A DNA stretch of 64,000 nucleotides from Candidatus Excrementavichristensenella intestinipullorum. Lineage in GTDB: Bacteria > Bacillota > Clostridia > Christensenellales > Aristaeellaceae. Below, piece after piece: positions 19,414-29,281 of the stretch (position 1 is its first letter; every line of letters starts with the position of its first letter). The DNA is taken from positions 5,192-69,191 of the forward strand of contig DVHZ01000153.1 in the NCBI GenBank assembly GCA_018711685.1, in the 5' to 3' direction. The translations under genes and the position numbers were made by a program. The notes under the pieces are model-generated. The model was not told the DNA's origin, ran no database searches, and saw only the letters and a list, made by a program, of their open reading frames with translations.

Positions 19414-21414
19414 ATGCCAATGGAAAAGCCGACCTTCTATATCACCACGCCCATTTATTACCCCAGCGGCAACATGCACATCGGCCACACCTATACCACC
19501 GTAGCGGCCGACGCCATGACCCGCTTCAAAAAGATGACCGGCTACGACGCCTATTTCCTCACCGGCACCGACGAGCACGGCCAGAAAATCGAGCGCAAGG
19601 CCCAGGCCGCCGGCAAGGAGCCCCAGCTGTTCGTGGACGAGATCGTGGCGGCCACCAAAGAGCTGTGGAAGCTGATGAACATCGAGTACGACGACTTCAT
19701 CCGCACCACCGATCCCCGCCACGTGACCGCAGTGCAGAAGATCTTCCGCAAGTTCTACGAGCAGGGGGACATCTACAAAAGCCAGTACGAGGGCCAATAC
19801 TGCGCCGAGTGCGAGGCGTTCTGGACGCCCACCCAGCTCAAGGACGGCTGCTGCCCCGACTGCGGCCGCCCCACCGAGCTCACCCGGGAAGAGAGCTACT
19901 TCTTCCGCATGAGCAAATACCAGGATTGGATGATCGACTACATCCAGTCCCACCCCGACTTCATCCAGCCCCCTTCCCGGGCCAACGAGATGCTCAACAA
20001 CTTCCTGCGCCCCGGGCTTCAGGACCTGTGCGTCAGCCGCACCTCCTTTAAGTGGGGCGTGCCGGTGGACTTCGACCCCAAGCACGTGGTGTACGTGTGG
20101 ATCGACGCCCTGAGCAACTACATCACCGCCCTGGGCTACATGTCCCAGGACGACAGCCTAATGCAGAAGTATTGGCCCGCCGACGTACACCTGGTGGGCA
20201 AGGAGATCGTGCGCTTCCACACCATCTATTGGCCCATCATGCTCCACGCCCTGGGCCTGCCCCTGCCCAAGCAGGTGTTCGGCCACGGATGGCTGCTGTT
20301 CGGCAACGACAAGATGAGCAAATCCAAGGGCAACGTGGTCTATCCCGGCCCCATCGTGGAGCGCTACGGCTGCGACGCCCTGCGCTATTACCTGATGCGG
20401 GAGATGCCCTTCGGCGCCGACGGCAACTACACCAACGAGGCCCTGCTCACCCGAATGAACGCCGATTTGGCCAACGACCTGGGCAACCTGGTGAGCCGCA
20501 CCGTGGCCATGATCGAAAAATACTGCGCCGGTGCGGTGCCCGCCCCCGGCCAGCCCACCGGCCACGAGGAGGCCCTGGTGGCCCGGTTCGAGGCCCTGCC
20601 CGCTCTGGTGGAGAAGTACATGAATGAGCTGCAGTTCTCCCTGGCTCTGGCCGAGATTTGGAAATTGGTGGGGGACGCCAACCGCTACATCGACCTGACT
20701 CAGCCCTGGGTGCTGGGCCGCAGCGAGGAGGGCCGGGGCAAGCTGAACACGGTGCTGTACCACCTGGCCGAGTGCGTGCGGGCCATCGCGGTGCACATCG
20801 GGCCCACCATGCCCCAGACCCCCCAACGCATCTACCAGCAGCTGGGCCTCACCGATCCGGCGCTGATGACCTGGCAGTCGGTGCAAAAGTTCGGCGGCCT
20901 ACAGCCCGGTATTTTGGTAAAGAAGGGCGCCCCGCTGTTCCCCCGCATCGACATCCCTAAAGAGCTGCAATCCCTGGCCGATGAAGCCCAGGCTAAAGCT
21001 CAGGAAAAAACCTCCGCTCAGGAAAAAGCCCAGCCCCAAGCCCCGGCAGCGGAGCCGGATAAAGCCCCGGAGGCCCAGGCGGACCCGCTGATTACCTTTG
21101 AGGATTTTGCCAAGGTGAAGCTGGTCACCGCCAAGGTGGTGGCCTGCGAAAAGGTGGAAAAGACCGACAAGCTGCTCAAGGAGACCCTGGAGCTGAAGAA
21201 CGGGGAGCGCCGCACCGTGGTTTCCGGCATCGCCAAGTATTATACCCCTGAGGAGATGGTGGGCAAGACGGTGGTGCTGGTGTCCAACCTGGCCCCCCGG
21301 AAGATGCGGGGCATCGTGTCGGAAGGCATGCTGCTGTGCGCCAGCGACGAGGCGGGCAACCTAAAGCTGCTCACCGTGGAGGATTGCCAGGCGGGCGGCT
21401 GGGAAATCGGCTGA
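19414..21414 (+). CDS. metG: methionine--tRNA ligase with C-terminal tRNA-binding (EMAP/Trbp111-like) domain
   Basis: 666 aa with the HIGH motif (NMHIGHTYT), KMSKS (DKMSKSKGN), a CxxC zinc knuckle (CAECEAFW...CPDCG) and a C-terminal VSGIAKYY...GMLLCA domain. Confidence 0.95.
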   Translation: MPMEKPTFYITTPIYYPSGNMHIGHTYTTVAADAMTRFKKMTGYDAYFLTGTDEHGQKIERKAQAAGKEPQLFVDEIVAATKELWKLMNIEYDDFIRTTDPRHVTAVQKIFRKFYEQGDIYKSQYEGQYCAECEAFWTPTQLKDGCCPDCGRPTELTREESYFFRMSKYQDWMIDYIQSHPDFIQPPSRANEMLNNFLRPGLQDLCVSRTSFKWGVPVDFDPKHVVYVWIDALSNYITALGYMSQDDSLMQKYWPADVHLVGKEIVRFHTIYWPIMLHALGLPLPKQVFGHGWLLFGNDKMSKSKGNVVYPGPIVERYGCDALRYYLMREMPFGADGNYTNEALLTRMNADLANDLGNLVSRTVAMIEKYCAGAVPAPGQPTGHEEALVARFEALPALVEKYMNELQFSLALAEIWKLVGDANRYIDLTQPWVLGRSEEGRGKLNTVLYHLAECVRAIAVHIGPTMPQTPQRIYQQLGLTDPALMTWQSVQKFGGLQPGILVKKGAPLFPRIDIPKELQSLADEAQAKAQEKTSAQEKAQPQAPAAEPDKAPEAQADPLITFEDFAKVKLVTAKVVACEKVEKTDKLLKETLELKNGERRTVVSGIAKYYTPEEMVGKTVVLVSNLAPRKMRGIVSEGMLLCASDEAGNLKLLTVEDCQAGGWEIG

Positions 21415-21434
21415 TCCCCAACCAGGGGTCGCGT

Positions 21435-21465
21435 GGGGCCACGGAAAACCGTGGCCCCTCCCTTT
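21435..21465 (+). terminator. intrinsic terminator of metG
   Basis: GGGGCCACGG-aaaa-CCGTGGCCCC followed by TCCCTTT. Confidence 0.65.
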
Positions 21466-21565
21466 GGCTTATCCGCTTGCAAAAGCGGCGGCTCTTTTGG
21501 CGCCCGATCCCAGATTTGCTTTGCCCAACGGACGCGGCTTTGCCGCAGAAAAGAGGAATCGCCCC

Positions 21566-22351
21566 ATGCCCCTGTTCGATACCCATTGCCATCTGACTGA
21601 CCCCAGGTTTCAGGAGGACTTGCCCCAGGTGATTGAGCGGATGCGGCAAGCCGGGGTGGAGCTGGCCGTGGTGGTGGGGGACGCCGCCCAGGACCCCGCT
21701 TCCGCCTTCGACCTGTGCCAAGAGCATCCCTTTTTGTACGCCGCTGCCGGGGTTCATCCCCACGACGCCTCCTGCTGGGACGAAGGCCGCGCCCAGATGC
21801 TGGAGGCCTGGATGGGCCGGGAGAAGGCGGTGGCTCTGGGAGAGATCGGGCTGGACTATCACTACGATTTGTCCCCCCGGCCCCAGCAGCGCCTGGCCTT
21901 TGACGACCAGCTGGACATGGCCTACCGGCTGAACAAGCCCGCCATCCTCCACATCCGGGAGGCCCACGGCGAGGCCACCGCCATACTGTCCGCCCGGTGG
22001 CGGGCGGGGCGGCTGCCCCTGTGCGTGATGCACTGCTACTCGGGCAGTTGGGAGAGCGCCCGGACCTACCTGGACATGGGGATGTACCTGTCCTTTACCG
22101 GCTCCGTCACCTTCAAAAACGCGGCCAAGCTGCCCGAGGTGGCCCAAAAAATGCCCTTGGACCGGCTGATGGTGGAGACCGACTGCCCCTATATGGCGCC
22201 GGTGCCCATGCGGGGGCGGCGCAACGAGCCGGCCTATGTGGCCTATACCGCCGCCTGCATCGCCCAGCTGCGGGGCATGGACCCCCAGGACCTGGCCCAG
22301 GCGGCCTACGACAACGGCCGGCGCTTTTTCCGCATCGGCCGGCCTTCATAA
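21566..22351 (+). CDS. tatD: TatD family metal-dependent hydrolase (DNase)
   Basis: ATG 21566 follows AAAGAGGA. The protein starts MPLFDTHCHL and has GEIGLDYHY and MVETDCPYMAP blocks. Confidence 0.88.
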   Translation: MPLFDTHCHLTDPRFQEDLPQVIERMRQAGVELAVVVGDAAQDPASAFDLCQEHPFLYAAAGVHPHDASCWDEGRAQMLEAWMGREKAVALGEIGLDYHYDLSPRPQQRLAFDDQLDMAYRLNKPAILHIREAHGEATAILSARWRAGRLPLCVMHCYSGSWESARTYLDMGMYLSFTGSVTFKNAAKLPEVAQKMPLDRLMVETDCPYMAPVPMRGRRNEPAYVAYTAACIAQLRGMDPQDLAQAAYDNGRRFFRIGRPS

Positions 22352-22355
22352 CGCC

Positions 22356-23291
22356 ATGCTGATCGTATACATCCTGTTGGGGGCGCTGCTGCTCTACGCC
22401 GTAGCCGTGGCCCTGATCTTTCACATCGCCTTTGCCAGTCGGCCCCGGTTGGGCCTGCCCCGGTGGCTGGGTAGGCCCGCCGCACCTTCCCCCTGGGAAA
22501 CCTATCGTGCCCAAATGGAGGAGGGCATGGCCTGGTTCCGGTCCCAGCCCCTCCAGCAGGTATGGATCACCGCCGGGGACGGGGCGCGGCTGCGGGGGCG
22601 GTACCTGGCCTGTCCCGGCTCGGACAAGGCCATTTTGCTGGTCCACGGCTATCGCAGCGCTTCGGCGGAGAGCGATTTTGCCTGTGCCCTGAAGCTGTAC
22701 CACCGCATGGATCTGAACATCCTGCTGGTGGACCAGCGGGGCCAGGGCGAAAGCCAGGGCAAGCTGATTACCTTTGGCATACTGGAGCGGGAGGACGTAG
22801 CCGCCTGGGCCCGGTGGCTGGACCGGACCTACCATCCCCGCTCCATCCTGCTGGACGGCATGAGCATGGGTGCCTCCTCGGTACTGATGGCTTTGGCCCT
22901 GCCCCTGCCCCCCAGCGTAAAGGGCGCCATCGCCGACTGCGGCTTTACCAGCCCCCGGGCCATCATCGCCCAGGTGATGCGCCAGAATTACCGCCTGCCC
23001 CCCAAGCTGCTGATGCCGGGACTCAACTGGCTGTTCCGGCTGCGCACCGGCCACAGCCTGGATGAGGCCAGCGCCCCCCAGGCCCTGGCGGCTAGCCGCC
23101 TGCCGGTATTGCTGATTCACGGCGAGGCGGACCGCTACGTGCCCTTCGCCATGGGCCGCGAGAATGCCCAGGCCACGCCCCTGGCCACCCTGGCGAGCGT
23201 GCCCGGCGCGGGACACGGGGTCAGTTTCTTGGTAGACCGGGAAAAATGCGAGAAAGCTCTCGACAATTTTATCGCCCGCGTGATACAATAA
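22356..23291 (+). CDS. membrane-anchored alpha/beta hydrolase
   Basis: ATG 22356 lies 4 nt after the tatD stop. It has an N-terminal TM helix, a nucleophile elbow GMSMGA and a late HGEADRYVP/GAGHG block. Confidence 0.75.
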   Translation: MLIVYILLGALLLYAVAVALIFHIAFASRPRLGLPRWLGRPAAPSPWETYRAQMEEGMAWFRSQPLQQVWITAGDGARLRGRYLACPGSDKAILLVHGYRSASAESDFACALKLYHRMDLNILLVDQRGQGESQGKLITFGILEREDVAAWARWLDRTYHPRSILLDGMSMGASSVLMALALPLPPSVKGAIADCGFTSPRAIIAQVMRQNYRLPPKLLMPGLNWLFRLRTGHSLDEASAPQALAASRLPVLLIHGEADRYVPFAMGRENAQATPLATLASVPGAGHGVSFLVDREKCEKALDNFIARVIQ

Positions 23292-23450
23292 TCCCGGCGG
23301 CAAGCTCCTTTGTGGGCGCCGCCTGTCCGGCGGCGGACTCCTGTTCTTCGGGCCCGGCGATGGATTTCTGTCCCCGCGCCCGGCGGCAAGCCGTTTCCCA
23401 TAACAAGTCACCCTGCAAGCAAGAGAGCATAGATATGGAGGCGAAGCGCG

Positions 23451-24737
23451 ATGGAAAATATTTCCCGGGAAGAGGCCCTGAGACTGCTGAACGCGCCCGA
23501 CCGGCTGGATAACCTGCGCATGCTGGTGGAGGACGCCCGGGCGGGCCGTCTGCCCCTGCCCCAGACCCACGAGGACGTGAACAACCACATCCACACCACC
23601 TATTCCTTCTCCCCCTATTCCCCCACGGCGGCAGTGTGGTTCTCCTGGCAGGCGGGGCTGTGCACCTGCGGCCTCATCGACCACGATTCCATCGGCGGCG
23701 CGGAGGAATTCCTCACCGCCTGCCACATCGTGGGCATACCGGGCACGGTGGGCCTGGAGTGCCGGGCCACCATGAAGGACACCCCCTTCGCCCAAAAGAA
23801 GTTCAACAATCCGGACCAGGCGGGCATGACCTACCTCACCATCCACGGCGTGCCCCATGACCAGACCGCTTTCCTCAACCAGCAGTTCGCTCCCCGGCGG
23901 GAAAAGCGCAACCTGCGCAACCGCAAGATGGTGGAGGGCATCAATTCCCTGATGGGCCAGTACGGCATCCTGGTGGACTTCGATAAGGACGTGGTTCCCC
24001 TGTCCAACTTCCTGGTGGGTGGCTCCATCACCGAGCGCCACCTGTCCAGCGCCCTGGCCTACAAGCTGCTGGATACGGTGGGCAAGGGCCAGCCCCTGGT
24101 GGACTTCATCAAGAACACCCTGAAGCTGCCCATCTCTCCCCGCATTGAGGGCTACCTGCTGGACGAGAACAACCCCCACATGATGTACGACCTGCTGGGC
24201 TGGATCAAGGCCCAGCTGATCAGCCAGTTCTACATCGACGCCGGGGAAGAGCTGTGGGGGCTGGAGGAGATCATCGCCCTGTCCAATCAGGTGGGCGCCA
24301 TCATCGCCTACCCCTATCTGGGCGACGTGGGCGATTCGGTCACCGGGGACAAGCGGGCCCAGAAGTTCGAGGACGACTTCCTGGACGAATTGTTCCCCTA
24401 CCTGCGCCAGGTGGGCTTTAAGGCGGTGAGCTACATGCCCTCCCGCAATACCCCGGCCCAGCTTCAGCGCCTGCGCGCCCTGTGCGACCGCTACCAGATG
24501 TTCCAGATCTCCGGGGAGGACATCAACCAGCCCCGCCAGAGCTTCGTGTGCATGGCCCAGCGGGCCCCCGAGTTCCACAACCTGTACGAGTCCACCTTCG
24601 CCCTCATCGCCCACGAGAACCTGTCCACCGGACACCCGGAAAAGGGTTTCTTCGCCCAGGAGGCGGTGGAGCGCTACCCCGACCTGCCGGAGCGCACCCG
24701 GGCCTTTGCCGAAAAGGGCAAACTGCTGGTCCCTTGA
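23451..24737 (+). CDS. PHP (polymerase/histidinol phosphatase) domain protein, function unknown
   Basis: 428 aa. The N-terminal PHP metal-binding motifs are NNHIHTTYS and GLIDHDSIGG. The gene ends 42 nt before the first sulfotransferase. Confidence 0.7.
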   Translation: MENISREEALRLLNAPDRLDNLRMLVEDARAGRLPLPQTHEDVNNHIHTTYSFSPYSPTAAVWFSWQAGLCTCGLIDHDSIGGAEEFLTACHIVGIPGTVGLECRATMKDTPFAQKKFNNPDQAGMTYLTIHGVPHDQTAFLNQQFAPRREKRNLRNRKMVEGINSLMGQYGILVDFDKDVVPLSNFLVGGSITERHLSSALAYKLLDTVGKGQPLVDFIKNTLKLPISPRIEGYLLDENNPHMMYDLLGWIKAQLISQFYIDAGEELWGLEEIIALSNQVGAIIAYPYLGDVGDSVTGDKRAQKFEDDFLDELFPYLRQVGFKAVSYMPSRNTPAQLQRLRALCDRYQMFQISGEDINQPRQSFVCMAQRAPEFHNLYESTFALIAHENLSTGHPEKGFFAQEAVERYPDLPERTRAFAEKGKLLVP

Positions 24738-24779
24738 GCCGGACGCCCTTTTGATCAGCAATCAGCGGAGGGAAAGCGC

Positions 24780-25631
24780 GTGTTTGAATACCTGATAAGC
24801 CCGGGGGTGGCCAAGGCGGGCACCACCCTGCTGTACGACCTGCTGCAAAAGCATCCCCAGATCCGGCGGGGCCAGGTGAAGGAGCTGCACTACTTCGATT
24901 ACGCCGAAAACCCGGTCAAGGCGGAGTACGACGAAAAATTTCTGCCCGGCCAGGGCCTGAAGATGGATATCACCCCCATGTACATGTGCCGGGCCGATTG
25001 CGTGGACAAGATGGCCGCTACCCTGGACCCCCGAAAGGTGGCCCTGGTGGTGCTGCTGCGGGACCCGGTGGAGCGGGCCCTGTCCCACTACAAAATGCGC
25101 ATCTCCCAGGACCTGGAAAAGCGCTCCTTTGAACAGTGCTTCGACCAGGAGCCGGGCAAGGAATACCCCCGGATTCACGACCTGCGCATGACCGGTTACT
25201 TCCCCCTGGGCCTGTACGCCCCCCAGTTGGAGTCCCTGTACCGCCGCTTCCCTCCGGAAAATATCCAGGTGTACCTCTTCGAGGACTTCGTGAAAAACCA
25301 GCAGGCCTATGTGGACAAGGTGTGCCGCTTCTTGGGCATCGAGCCCATTCAGGTCCACGAAATGCACTCCAACAAGAGCGTGGTCCACGTAAAAAGCCTC
25401 CTGGCCGCCCGGCTCATCTGGAATATCTCCCGGTTCACCCCCAACGCCATCAAGCGGGACTGGATGCGCAAGCTCAAGTATAAGCTGGCCTCCGCCAACG
25501 AGCGCAAGGACGCCCAGGACAACCTGGACCCCCAGCTGGTGCGCCGCCTTACCGATTACTACCGCCAGGACGTGGAAACCCTGGCCACCCGGTATGGCCT
25601 GGATACCTCCCGCTGGAAGCATTTTGCCTGA
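24780..25631 (+). CDS. sulfotransferase family protein (paralog 1)
   Basis: GTG start 7 nt after GGAGGGA. It has a PAPS 5'-phosphosulfate loop (PGVAKAGTTLLYDLL) and a 3'-phosphate motif (LLRDPVERALSHY). 283 aa. Confidence 0.75.
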   Translation: MFEYLISPGVAKAGTTLLYDLLQKHPQIRRGQVKELHYFDYAENPVKAEYDEKFLPGQGLKMDITPMYMCRADCVDKMAATLDPRKVALVVLLRDPVERALSHYKMRISQDLEKRSFEQCFDQEPGKEYPRIHDLRMTGYFPLGLYAPQLESLYRRFPPENIQVYLFEDFVKNQQAYVDKVCRFLGIEPIQVHEMHSNKSVVHVKSLLAARLIWNISRFTPNAIKRDWMRKLKYKLASANERKDAQDNLDPQLVRRLTDYYRQDVETLATRYGLDTSRWKHFA

Positions 25632-25636
25632 TTGCC

Positions 25637-25669
25637 GGCCGGCGCGGTCACCGCGCCGGCCCTTTTTCA
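25637..25669 (+). terminator. intrinsic terminator after sulfotransferase 1
   Basis: GGCCGGCGCGG-tca-CCGCGCCGGCC followed by CTTTTT. Confidence 0.7.
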
Positions 25670-25797
25670 CCTTTGTTCCTGGATTTGCCCTTTTTCTGCC
25701 ACATGATTCATTCGTTTTTGCGCCAATTTCTCATCAAATTCTTTACATCAAACGCCGTGGGGCCTGCTATACTGCAAAGCGACCGAGTGGGGGAGGT

Positions 25798-26655
25798 ATG
25801 CACTTGTACGAGTATCTCATCGGCGTGGGCGCTATGAAGGCGGGCACCACCCTGCTGTACGACCTGCTGCGCAAGCATCCGGGCTTTCTGTGCGGGCAGC
25901 ATAAGGAACTGCACTATTTCGACCAGGTGGACCAGCCGGACAAGGGGGAGTACGACGCCCTCTTCGCCCCGGGACAGGGCGTCAAGCTGGACGTGACCCC
26001 CATCTATATGTACGACCCCCAGTGCATCCGCAAAATCTGCCAGGTGCTGGACCCGGCCCAGGTGGCCGTGGCTGTGGTACTGCGGGACCCGGTGGAGCGG
26101 GCCCTGTCCCACTGGCGCATGTGCCTGTCCCAGGCCCAGGAAAAGCATTCCTTTGAGGCGTGCTTCGATCTGGAGCCCCAGCGCATCGCCCAAAACGCCC
26201 ACGACAAAAAGACCTTCAGCTATTTCAGCCGGGGCCTGTACGCCCCCCAATTGGACAACCTGTACCAGCACTTCCCGGCGGAGAATATCAGGATATTCAT
26301 CTTCGAGGATTTCGTGAAAAACCAGCAGCGCTGCGTGGACAGCCTGTGCGACTTCGTGGGCCTGCCCCACTTCCAGGTGCGGGACGGCCACTCCAACAAG
26401 ACGGTGGTCCAGGTGAAGAGCCCCGCCCTGGCCCGGTTTATGCGCGCCATGGCCCGCGTCACCCCCAACCGGTTTAAGCGCAATTGGATGCGTAAGGCCA
26501 AATACCTTCTGGCCCGGGCCAACGAAAAAAAGGCGCCCCGGGAGTCCATCGCCCCCGCCTTTGAGCAGCGGCTGATCGACTACTACCGCCAGGACGTAGC
26601 CCTCCTCAAAAGCCAATACCACCTAGACCTGTCCGCCTGGAAGCGCTTTGGCTGA
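25798..26655 (+). CDS. sulfotransferase family protein (paralog 2)
   Basis: ATG 25798 follows GGGAGG. It has the same two PAPS-binding motifs (VGAMKAGTTLLYDLL, VLRDPVERALSHW) and is colinear with paralog 1, with roughly half the residues identical by eye. Confidence 0.75.
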   Translation: MHLYEYLIGVGAMKAGTTLLYDLLRKHPGFLCGQHKELHYFDQVDQPDKGEYDALFAPGQGVKLDVTPIYMYDPQCIRKICQVLDPAQVAVAVVLRDPVERALSHWRMCLSQAQEKHSFEACFDLEPQRIAQNAHDKKTFSYFSRGLYAPQLDNLYQHFPAENIRIFIFEDFVKNQQRCVDSLCDFVGLPHFQVRDGHSNKTVVQVKSPALARFMRAMARVTPNRFKRNWMRKAKYLLARANEKKAPRESIAPAFEQRLIDYYRQDVALLKSQYHLDLSAWKRFG

Positions 26656-26820
26656 CCTTCCGCCTCCCCCGCGCCCTGGGCTGGGCGTTTTCTCCCCTGG
26701 GGCCAACGCCCAAAGGGGATTTTTTCGTCCGCCCAAAGGGACGGGCGGCCCCAAATCGGACCATGTTCCCCCGGCGCCCGCGCCTATTGCCATGCCTCTG
26801 CCTTAAATAAGAAGTTTATA

Positions 26821-26849
26821 TTGCTTTCCCTCTGGGCGGGTGCTATAAT
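26821..26849 (+). promoter_or_regulatory. extended -10 promoter of the secreted hydrolase gene
   Basis: TTGCTT (26821-26826), a 17-nt spacer, then TGcTATAAT (26841-26849). Confidence 0.5.
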
Positions 26850-26897
26850 TTTTCCAGGACCCTTTCCAAAAGAAAGATGACGAGGGAGGTTCTGCAA

Positions 26898-27767
26898 ATG
26901 AAAAAACTGGTTTCTCTGCTCATGGCCCTGATGCTGCTAGTATCCGCCGCCGCTCTGGCCGAAACCGCCGCCTACGACTATACCGAGGAAGATATCTTCA
27001 TCGATGCCGGCGACCATCAAATCCCCGCCACCCTCACCCTGCCCGTAGGGCAAGAGGGCCAGCTCTTCCCCGCCGTGATCATGCTCCACGGCAACGGCTC
27101 CACCCGCCACGAGGCGGGCAACGCCTATGACTACACCGCCCCCGAGATGGCCAAGGCGGGCTTGGCCACCATCCGCTTCGACTACATCGGCAACGGCGAT
27201 TCCACCTCCGACTACATCGACTTCACCTATGACAAGGGCGTCGCCGACGCCATGAAGTGCTACGATTACCTGTCCACTCTGGGCGTCATCGACATGGACC
27301 ACGTGGGCATCATGGGCTGGAGCCAGGGCGGCCGCCTCACGCTGCTTACCGCGGCGCGCAATGACGTGTTCACCGCCGTGCTGACCTGGGCCGGCGCCAT
27401 GTCCTCCAAGTCCGAGGCCCTGGAAGAGCAATACGCCGTCGCCAAGGAAAACGGCTACTACGAAGTGACCTACGATTGGCGCGAACCCCTGCGCCAGTCT
27501 CCCGAATACTACGAGTGCGCCATGGCCATCGATTACGAGGCGGAGGTCGCCAACATCAAGGCCCCCATCCTGGCCATCAACGGCCTGGCGGACACCACCG
27601 TGGTTCCGGAAACCGCCCAGGCCATCGTGGACGCGTCCACCAACCCGGATAGCCAAGTGATGCTGATGGAGGGCGTGGACCACACCTTCAACGTATTTTC
27701 CGGCGATATGACTGCCCTGGAAGAGGTGACCCAGGCCACCATCGACTGGTTCCAGAAGATGATCTAA
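26898..27767 (+). CDS. secreted alpha/beta hydrolase (dienelactone hydrolase/esterase-like)
   Basis: ATG 26898 follows GAGGGAGG. It has a signal peptide (MKKLVSLLMALMLLVSAAALA) and a nucleophile elbow GWSQGG. Confidence 0.75.
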   Translation: MKKLVSLLMALMLLVSAAALAETAAYDYTEEDIFIDAGDHQIPATLTLPVGQEGQLFPAVIMLHGNGSTRHEAGNAYDYTAPEMAKAGLATIRFDYIGNGDSTSDYIDFTYDKGVADAMKCYDYLSTLGVIDMDHVGIMGWSQGGRLTLLTAARNDVFTAVLTWAGAMSSKSEALEEQYAVAKENGYYEVTYDWREPLRQSPEYYECAMAIDYEAEVANIKAPILAINGLADTTVVPETAQAIVDASTNPDSQVMLMEGVDHTFNVFSGDMTALEEVTQATIDWFQKMI

Positions 27768-27782
27768 CCCGCGCCTATAAAA

Positions 27783-27814
27783 GGGCCGCCCGGCCAAAAC
27801 CGGGCGGCCCTTTT
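27783..27814. terminator. bidirectional terminator between the convergent hydrolase and MocR genes
   Basis: GGGCCGCCCGG-ccaaaa-CCGGGCGGCCC, with A's upstream and TTTT downstream. Confidence 0.75.
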
Positions 27815-27859
27815 GCGCTGGGCTCAGGGGGGCGGGAATGGCGGCTGCCTGGGGGCGTC

Positions 27860-29260
27860 TTAGACGATATACTCCACCTGGGTTTGGCCCTTATTCAGGA
27901 TGTCCTTTACCGCGTCCAGCCCCCGGGCCAGCTGGGTTTCGTCCTGGGGAGATGTAATGGCCAGCCGGGCGTGGGCAGGGCCTTCTTCCGTGCTAATGGC
28001 GAAGCGGTGCCCGCCCAACAGATTGATCCCCCGCTGCCGGGCCAATATCTCTAACGCCTGGCTGCTCATGCCCTGGGGCAGGTCGATCCACCGAAAAAAG
28101 GGAGGGTAGGACAGCTGCGGGGCCTGGGGAAAGCGCTGCTGAAATACCTGGTTGCGGGCCCGGGCCAGTTCCACCTTGCGCTCCACGATCTGGCCGGCCA
28201 AGCCGCTCTCAATGAGCTCGTAGATGATCTCTGCGTTCAGGGCCACCGTCTTCAGGTTGATGTTGACCATTCCCTCGATCACCCTGGCCCGCAGCGCCTC
28301 GGGCGCCGTCATAAAGGCCACCCGCAGCCCGGCGCACAGGGACTTGCTGGTACCGCAGATATGCACCGTACGCTCCCTGGCCAATGCGGCCAGGGGCGGC
28401 AGCGTGGGTTGGTGCAAAAAGCCGTATATGTCGTCCTCAATGGCGATGAGTTCCCGCCTGCAGACCACCTGGGCCAGCTCCTGCCGCCGGGAGACGGGCA
28501 TACAGATTCCCATGGGATTGCTCAGGGAGGGCATTACATAAATCCCCTTCAGTCCTTCCTGGGCGCAGCACCGGTCCAGGGCGTCGGGGCGCATCCCCTG
28601 GGCATCGTTTTCCACCGGGCACAATGCGATGCCCAGCATATGGGCCAGCCCCTTGAAATTGGCGTAGGTATAGGGGTCGGTCCCGATCTTGTCCCCGGGC
28701 CGGAACAAGGATTGCAGCGCCACCGCCAGGGCGTTTTGCGCCCCCGAGGCCAGCAGTACCTCCTCCTCCCCCACCGAAAGGCCCAGCCCCTCCAGCCATT
28801 TTCGGGCCGCCTGCCGCTGCCAGGGCGTGCCCAGGGGACTGGTGTACTCCAACAGGTGTACCGTGCGGGCCCGGGCGGTCACCTTGCGGGCCGCCTCCAT
28901 CACCAGGGCGTTGCACTGGTAGAAGGGGCGAATGAGCCCCAGCTCTATCAGCCCTTCCCCTTCCTCTCCGGGAAAAAGGCCGTCCCCCACCCCCGGCGCC
29001 ACAAAGGTGCCCCGGCCGGTGACGGCGTAGACCAACCCCTTTTGCTCCATCACCTTATAGGCCCGGGTGACGGTGCTCAGGTTCACCCCCAGCGCCTGGG
29101 CTAGCTCCCGCTGGGGCGGCAGCTTGTCGTGAGGGCGCAATTTTCCCCCCTGGACATCCTCCTCCAGCCTCCGGGCGATGCCCTGATACACGGGCCCTTC
29201 CCATCCTTCCATGCCGGGCATCCAGCTGAGGGAACGCCCCTCCCCCTCGCGTTTGGGCAT
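27860..29260 (-). CDS. MocR/PdxR-type regulator (GntR wHTH fused to a class I/II aminotransferase-like domain)
   Basis: ATG 29260 follows GGAGCAGGAGG. The GntR HTH is LPPQRELAQALGVNLSTVTRAYKVMEQKGLV, and the large PLP-fold domain includes CGTSKSLCAGLR. Confidence 0.85.
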   Translation of the reverse strand: MPKREGEGRSLSWMPGMEGWEGPVYQGIARRLEEDVQGGKLRPHDKLPPQRELAQALGVNLSTVTRAYKVMEQKGLVYAVTGRGTFVAPGVGDGLFPGEEGEGLIELGLIRPFYQCNALVMEAARKVTARARTVHLLEYTSPLGTPWQRQAARKWLEGLGLSVGEEEVLLASGAQNALAVALQSLFRPGDKIGTDPYTYANFKGLAHMLGIALCPVENDAQGMRPDALDRCCAQEGLKGIYVMPSLSNPMGICMPVSRRQELAQVVCRRELIAIEDDIYGFLHQPTLPPLAALARERTVHICGTSKSLCAGLRVAFMTAPEALRARVIEGMVNINLKTVALNAEIIYELIESGLAGQIVERKVELARARNQVFQQRFPQAPQLSYPPFFRWIDLPQGMSSQALEILARQRGINLLGGHRFAISTEEGPAHARLAITSPQDETQLARGLDAVKDILNKGQTQVEYIV

Positions 29261-29281
29261 AACGGCCTCCTGCTCCACAAA

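Noticed and set aside
22113-24761. 882-aa ORF on the minus strand, the longest in the track
   Set aside because: It runs antisense to tatD, the alpha/beta hydrolase and the PHP gene, all of which have clear motifs and RBSs. Its translation is low-complexity and rich in G/P/A/R/Q with no recognisable domain. This is a typical stop-codon-poor antisense frame in high-GC DNA.
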